In this document: positions 63,451 to 64,000 of the stretch, one piece after another
How positions within the stretch are numbered: position 1 is the first letter of the stretch
Layout of the letters: each line of letters begins with the position of its first letter
Source: Vicugna vicugna
Lineage: Eukaryota
DNA: 64,000 bases
Direction: 5' to 3'
NCBI GenBank assembly: GCA_013265495.1
Contig: MU058423.1
Span: 3,797,061 to 3,861,060, forward strand
Notes under the pieces: generated by a model
Databases searched by the model: none
Seen by the model: only the letters and a program-made list of their open reading frames with translations
What the model was told of the DNA's origin: nothing
Position numbers and translations under genes: made by a program

Positions 63451-64000
63451 TTACAAATGCCACTCTTATCAAACAAAGGATGAATGTAGGTAAAGAAAGA
63501 AAATCCATGATGTGGATTTAGTAGCTGGTTGTCAGCCTATTAACTTGCAAATATTCTAACTAGTTATTCCCCTCTCTGGGAGTTAATATCCATATTTCAT
63601 ATTATTTGGGGCAACAATTTAGAAATGAAGACGTTTCAAGGCAAACAGCCTTCCTCCTGCCCTTGGGGATATTTTCTTTTGTAAATACACTCTTGAATGC
63701 ACGTTTCTAATGGCAGGTCATTCTTCACACAGAGGACTTGAGACTCTGGTGTTAATTTGTGTACCTGTCCCTTCTAAATGCGGACACACTCCACCTTTGT
63801 AGAATACACACTGTTCTAAAAACACTGCGTTGGCCAAACAGTCTTTATTTGCTTTGGCTAAACTTAGAGTTAATGGACGGACTTGATGTACAAAAAGACA
63901 GGCACAAAGGAGTGATGGTCCTCAGGGAGATTTAGTTTATGACCATGTTATGCATTATCCTTCTGTCTCGTCCACTGAATTTGTATTTTATGTTATTTTT

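Overview
This window is mammalian non-coding DNA, very probably camelid: it has two tRNA-Ala-derived SINEs of the vic-1 type plus a SINE tail, and young lineage-type L1 3' ends. I recognise no protein-coding exon of a known gene, no RNA gene, and no CRISPR or other prokaryotic system. The only ORF-track peptides I recognise are LINE-1 ORF2 C-terminal fragments. A large fraction is interspersed repeat: MIR, L2, old L1M, younger L1, MLT1/MER21 solo LTRs, and hAT and Tigger DNA-transposon fossils, several with readable target-site duplications (TSDs) and nesting. The + strand is T-rich and the four longest young L1 copies are antisense to it, which suggests a long intron of a +-strand gene; I could not identify the gene. 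The best leads lie in repeat-free islands: (1) a CpG-rich promoter-like patch at about 60.5-61 kb with a perfect CRE and a perfect antisense splice donor; (2) a candidate in-frame cassette exon at 29.5 kb beside a homeobox-motif-dense block; (3) a run of four stem-loops at 5.7-6.0 kb; (4) several enhancer-like motif clusters. Repeat family names come from my recall of consensus sequences and boundaries are approximate; all need RepeatMasker/Dfam confirmation.
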